Sequence record: OZ035850
DNA: 64,000 nucleotides
Direction: 5' to 3' (one strand)
Source: Escherichia phage vB_Eco_TB37
Below, piece after piece: positions 63,055-64,000 of the stretch (position 1 is the stretch's first letter; each line of letters opens with the position of its first letter). The notes beneath the pieces were generated by a model that was not told the DNA's origin, searched no databases, and saw nothing but the letters and a program-made list of their open reading frames with translations. Both the position numbers and the translations under genes were made by a program.

Positions 63055-63989
63055 TTAAATTGTTCAGTAACGTCTTCAACTACTTCGTATTGGCAGGTAC
63101 GCATTTTAGCATCGTTGTAATCAATCGGAATTGATACTACATCACGTGGATGTACTTTAACTTTTACAACTCGGCTGGTTGAACTGCCAAAGTGACGAAT
63201 ATAAGATTTAGAACACACATGCAGACCACGAGAACAAGTTTGTGTATCATCGTCATTCACACGAGTACGTGGCATTTTAACTACTTTACCAGGACTGTTA
63301 TCAAAGGTGTTTGAGTGACAGTCAAAGTAATTGCTGCGAACTACTTTCCAAGCATAGAAGTAACCATCTTCTGTAATTTCAATATCGTTTGCTACCAAGA
63401 AATCAAAGAGTCGAGATACCGCTTTTTGGCTTGGGTTTTCCAGCAGATTTTCCAAGAACGGGAAATAAAATTCAAAGTTTTCGCCTTTTTCCATCGAATC
63501 AAGAATACGATCAACTAAACCAGACCGCAATTCAATATTTTGATAGAACAAGCTTCCACCTTCAATTCGAACATCGCCGGAAATATATTTTTCAACAGCG
63601 CGACGAACATTAATTTTTTGTGCAGCTTCTTCCAGCTTATCCGCTACAAGCAGATTAAGAATTTCCTGGAAGTTTGAATGAGTATTAGGAGTTGCGTTAT
63701 AAGTTACACCGTCAACAGTAATTGAAATGAATTTTTTAGATGCATTCCAAATAATGTCAGATTTAGCAACTGGAGCAATAACTGCATCGCTATTAACTTT
63801 AACTGTAATATCACCGCTAATAGTAACTTTAGGACGTTTAGCTTCTTCAGCATTTTTCAAAACACGACGGATTGTGTCAACCGATACATCCTTCCAATAA
63901 GCTAATTCCTGCTGAGTGTAATTACCACTTGAATACAGTTTGACAATTTCAGCTTGTTCGTTTTTGGTCAGGCATTTAATATTGTACAT
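63051..63989 (-). CDS. rIIB: rIIB membrane-associated protein
   Basis: 312 aa, MYNIKCLTKNEQAEIVKLYSSGNYTQQELA as T4 rIIB. Confidence 0.95.
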   Translation of the reverse strand: MYNIKCLTKNEQAEIVKLYSSGNYTQQELAYWKDVSVDTIRRVLKNAEEAKRPKVTISGDITVKVNSDAVIAPVAKSDIIWNASKKFISITVDGVTYNATPNTHSNFQEILNLLVADKLEEAAQKINVRRAVEKYISGDVRIEGGSLFYQNIELRSGLVDRILDSMEKGENFEFYFPFLENLLENPSQKAVSRLFDFLVANDIEITEDGYFYAWKVVRSNYFDCHSNTFDNSPGKVVKMPRTRVNDDDTQTCSRGLHVCSKSYIRHFGSSTSRVVKVKVHPRDVVSIPIDYNDAKMRTCQYEVVEDVTEQFK

Positions 63990-64000
63990 AATTTTCCTTA

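Overview
This window is a contiguous 64-kb stretch of a T-even (T4-like, Tevenvirinae) myovirus genome, colinear with phage T4 from the 3' part of gene 23 to rIIB. Gene identities rest on my recall of T4 protein sequences and lengths and on catalytic motifs read in the supplied translations; no search or computation was run, so T4-style names for small ORFs and all comparisons to the T4 reference are from memory. Content in order: capsid genes (23 partial, 24, hoc, inh), rnlB, uvsW/uvsY, the baseplate hub/tube block (25, 26, 51, 27, 28, 29, 48, 54), two tandem Alt-type ADP-ribosyltransferase genes, DNA ligase 30 with a run of small early ORFs, rIII, 31, cd, pseT, a spanin pair, alc, rnlA, denA, nrdB, nrdA, td, frd, 32, 59, 33, dsbA, rnh, the long tail fibre operon (34-38), holin t, asiA, arn, motA, 52, stp, ndd, denB and rIIB. 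No tRNA, rRNA, CRISPR array, integrase or transposase was found. Early, middle (MotA-box) and late (TATAAATA) promoters and several GC-hairpin terminators can be read directly. The most notable observations are a perfect 79-bp tandem duplication across the nrdA start, a NADAR (YbiA-like) protein beside the Alt pair, an extra ORF between frd and td, uninterrupted td and nrdB with no seg genes at the positions where I recall T4 carrying them, and a T2-type tail-fibre tip (long gp37 plus glycine-rich gp38 adhesin). I did not find a clearly novel multi-gene system; the candidates worth testing are listed as findings.
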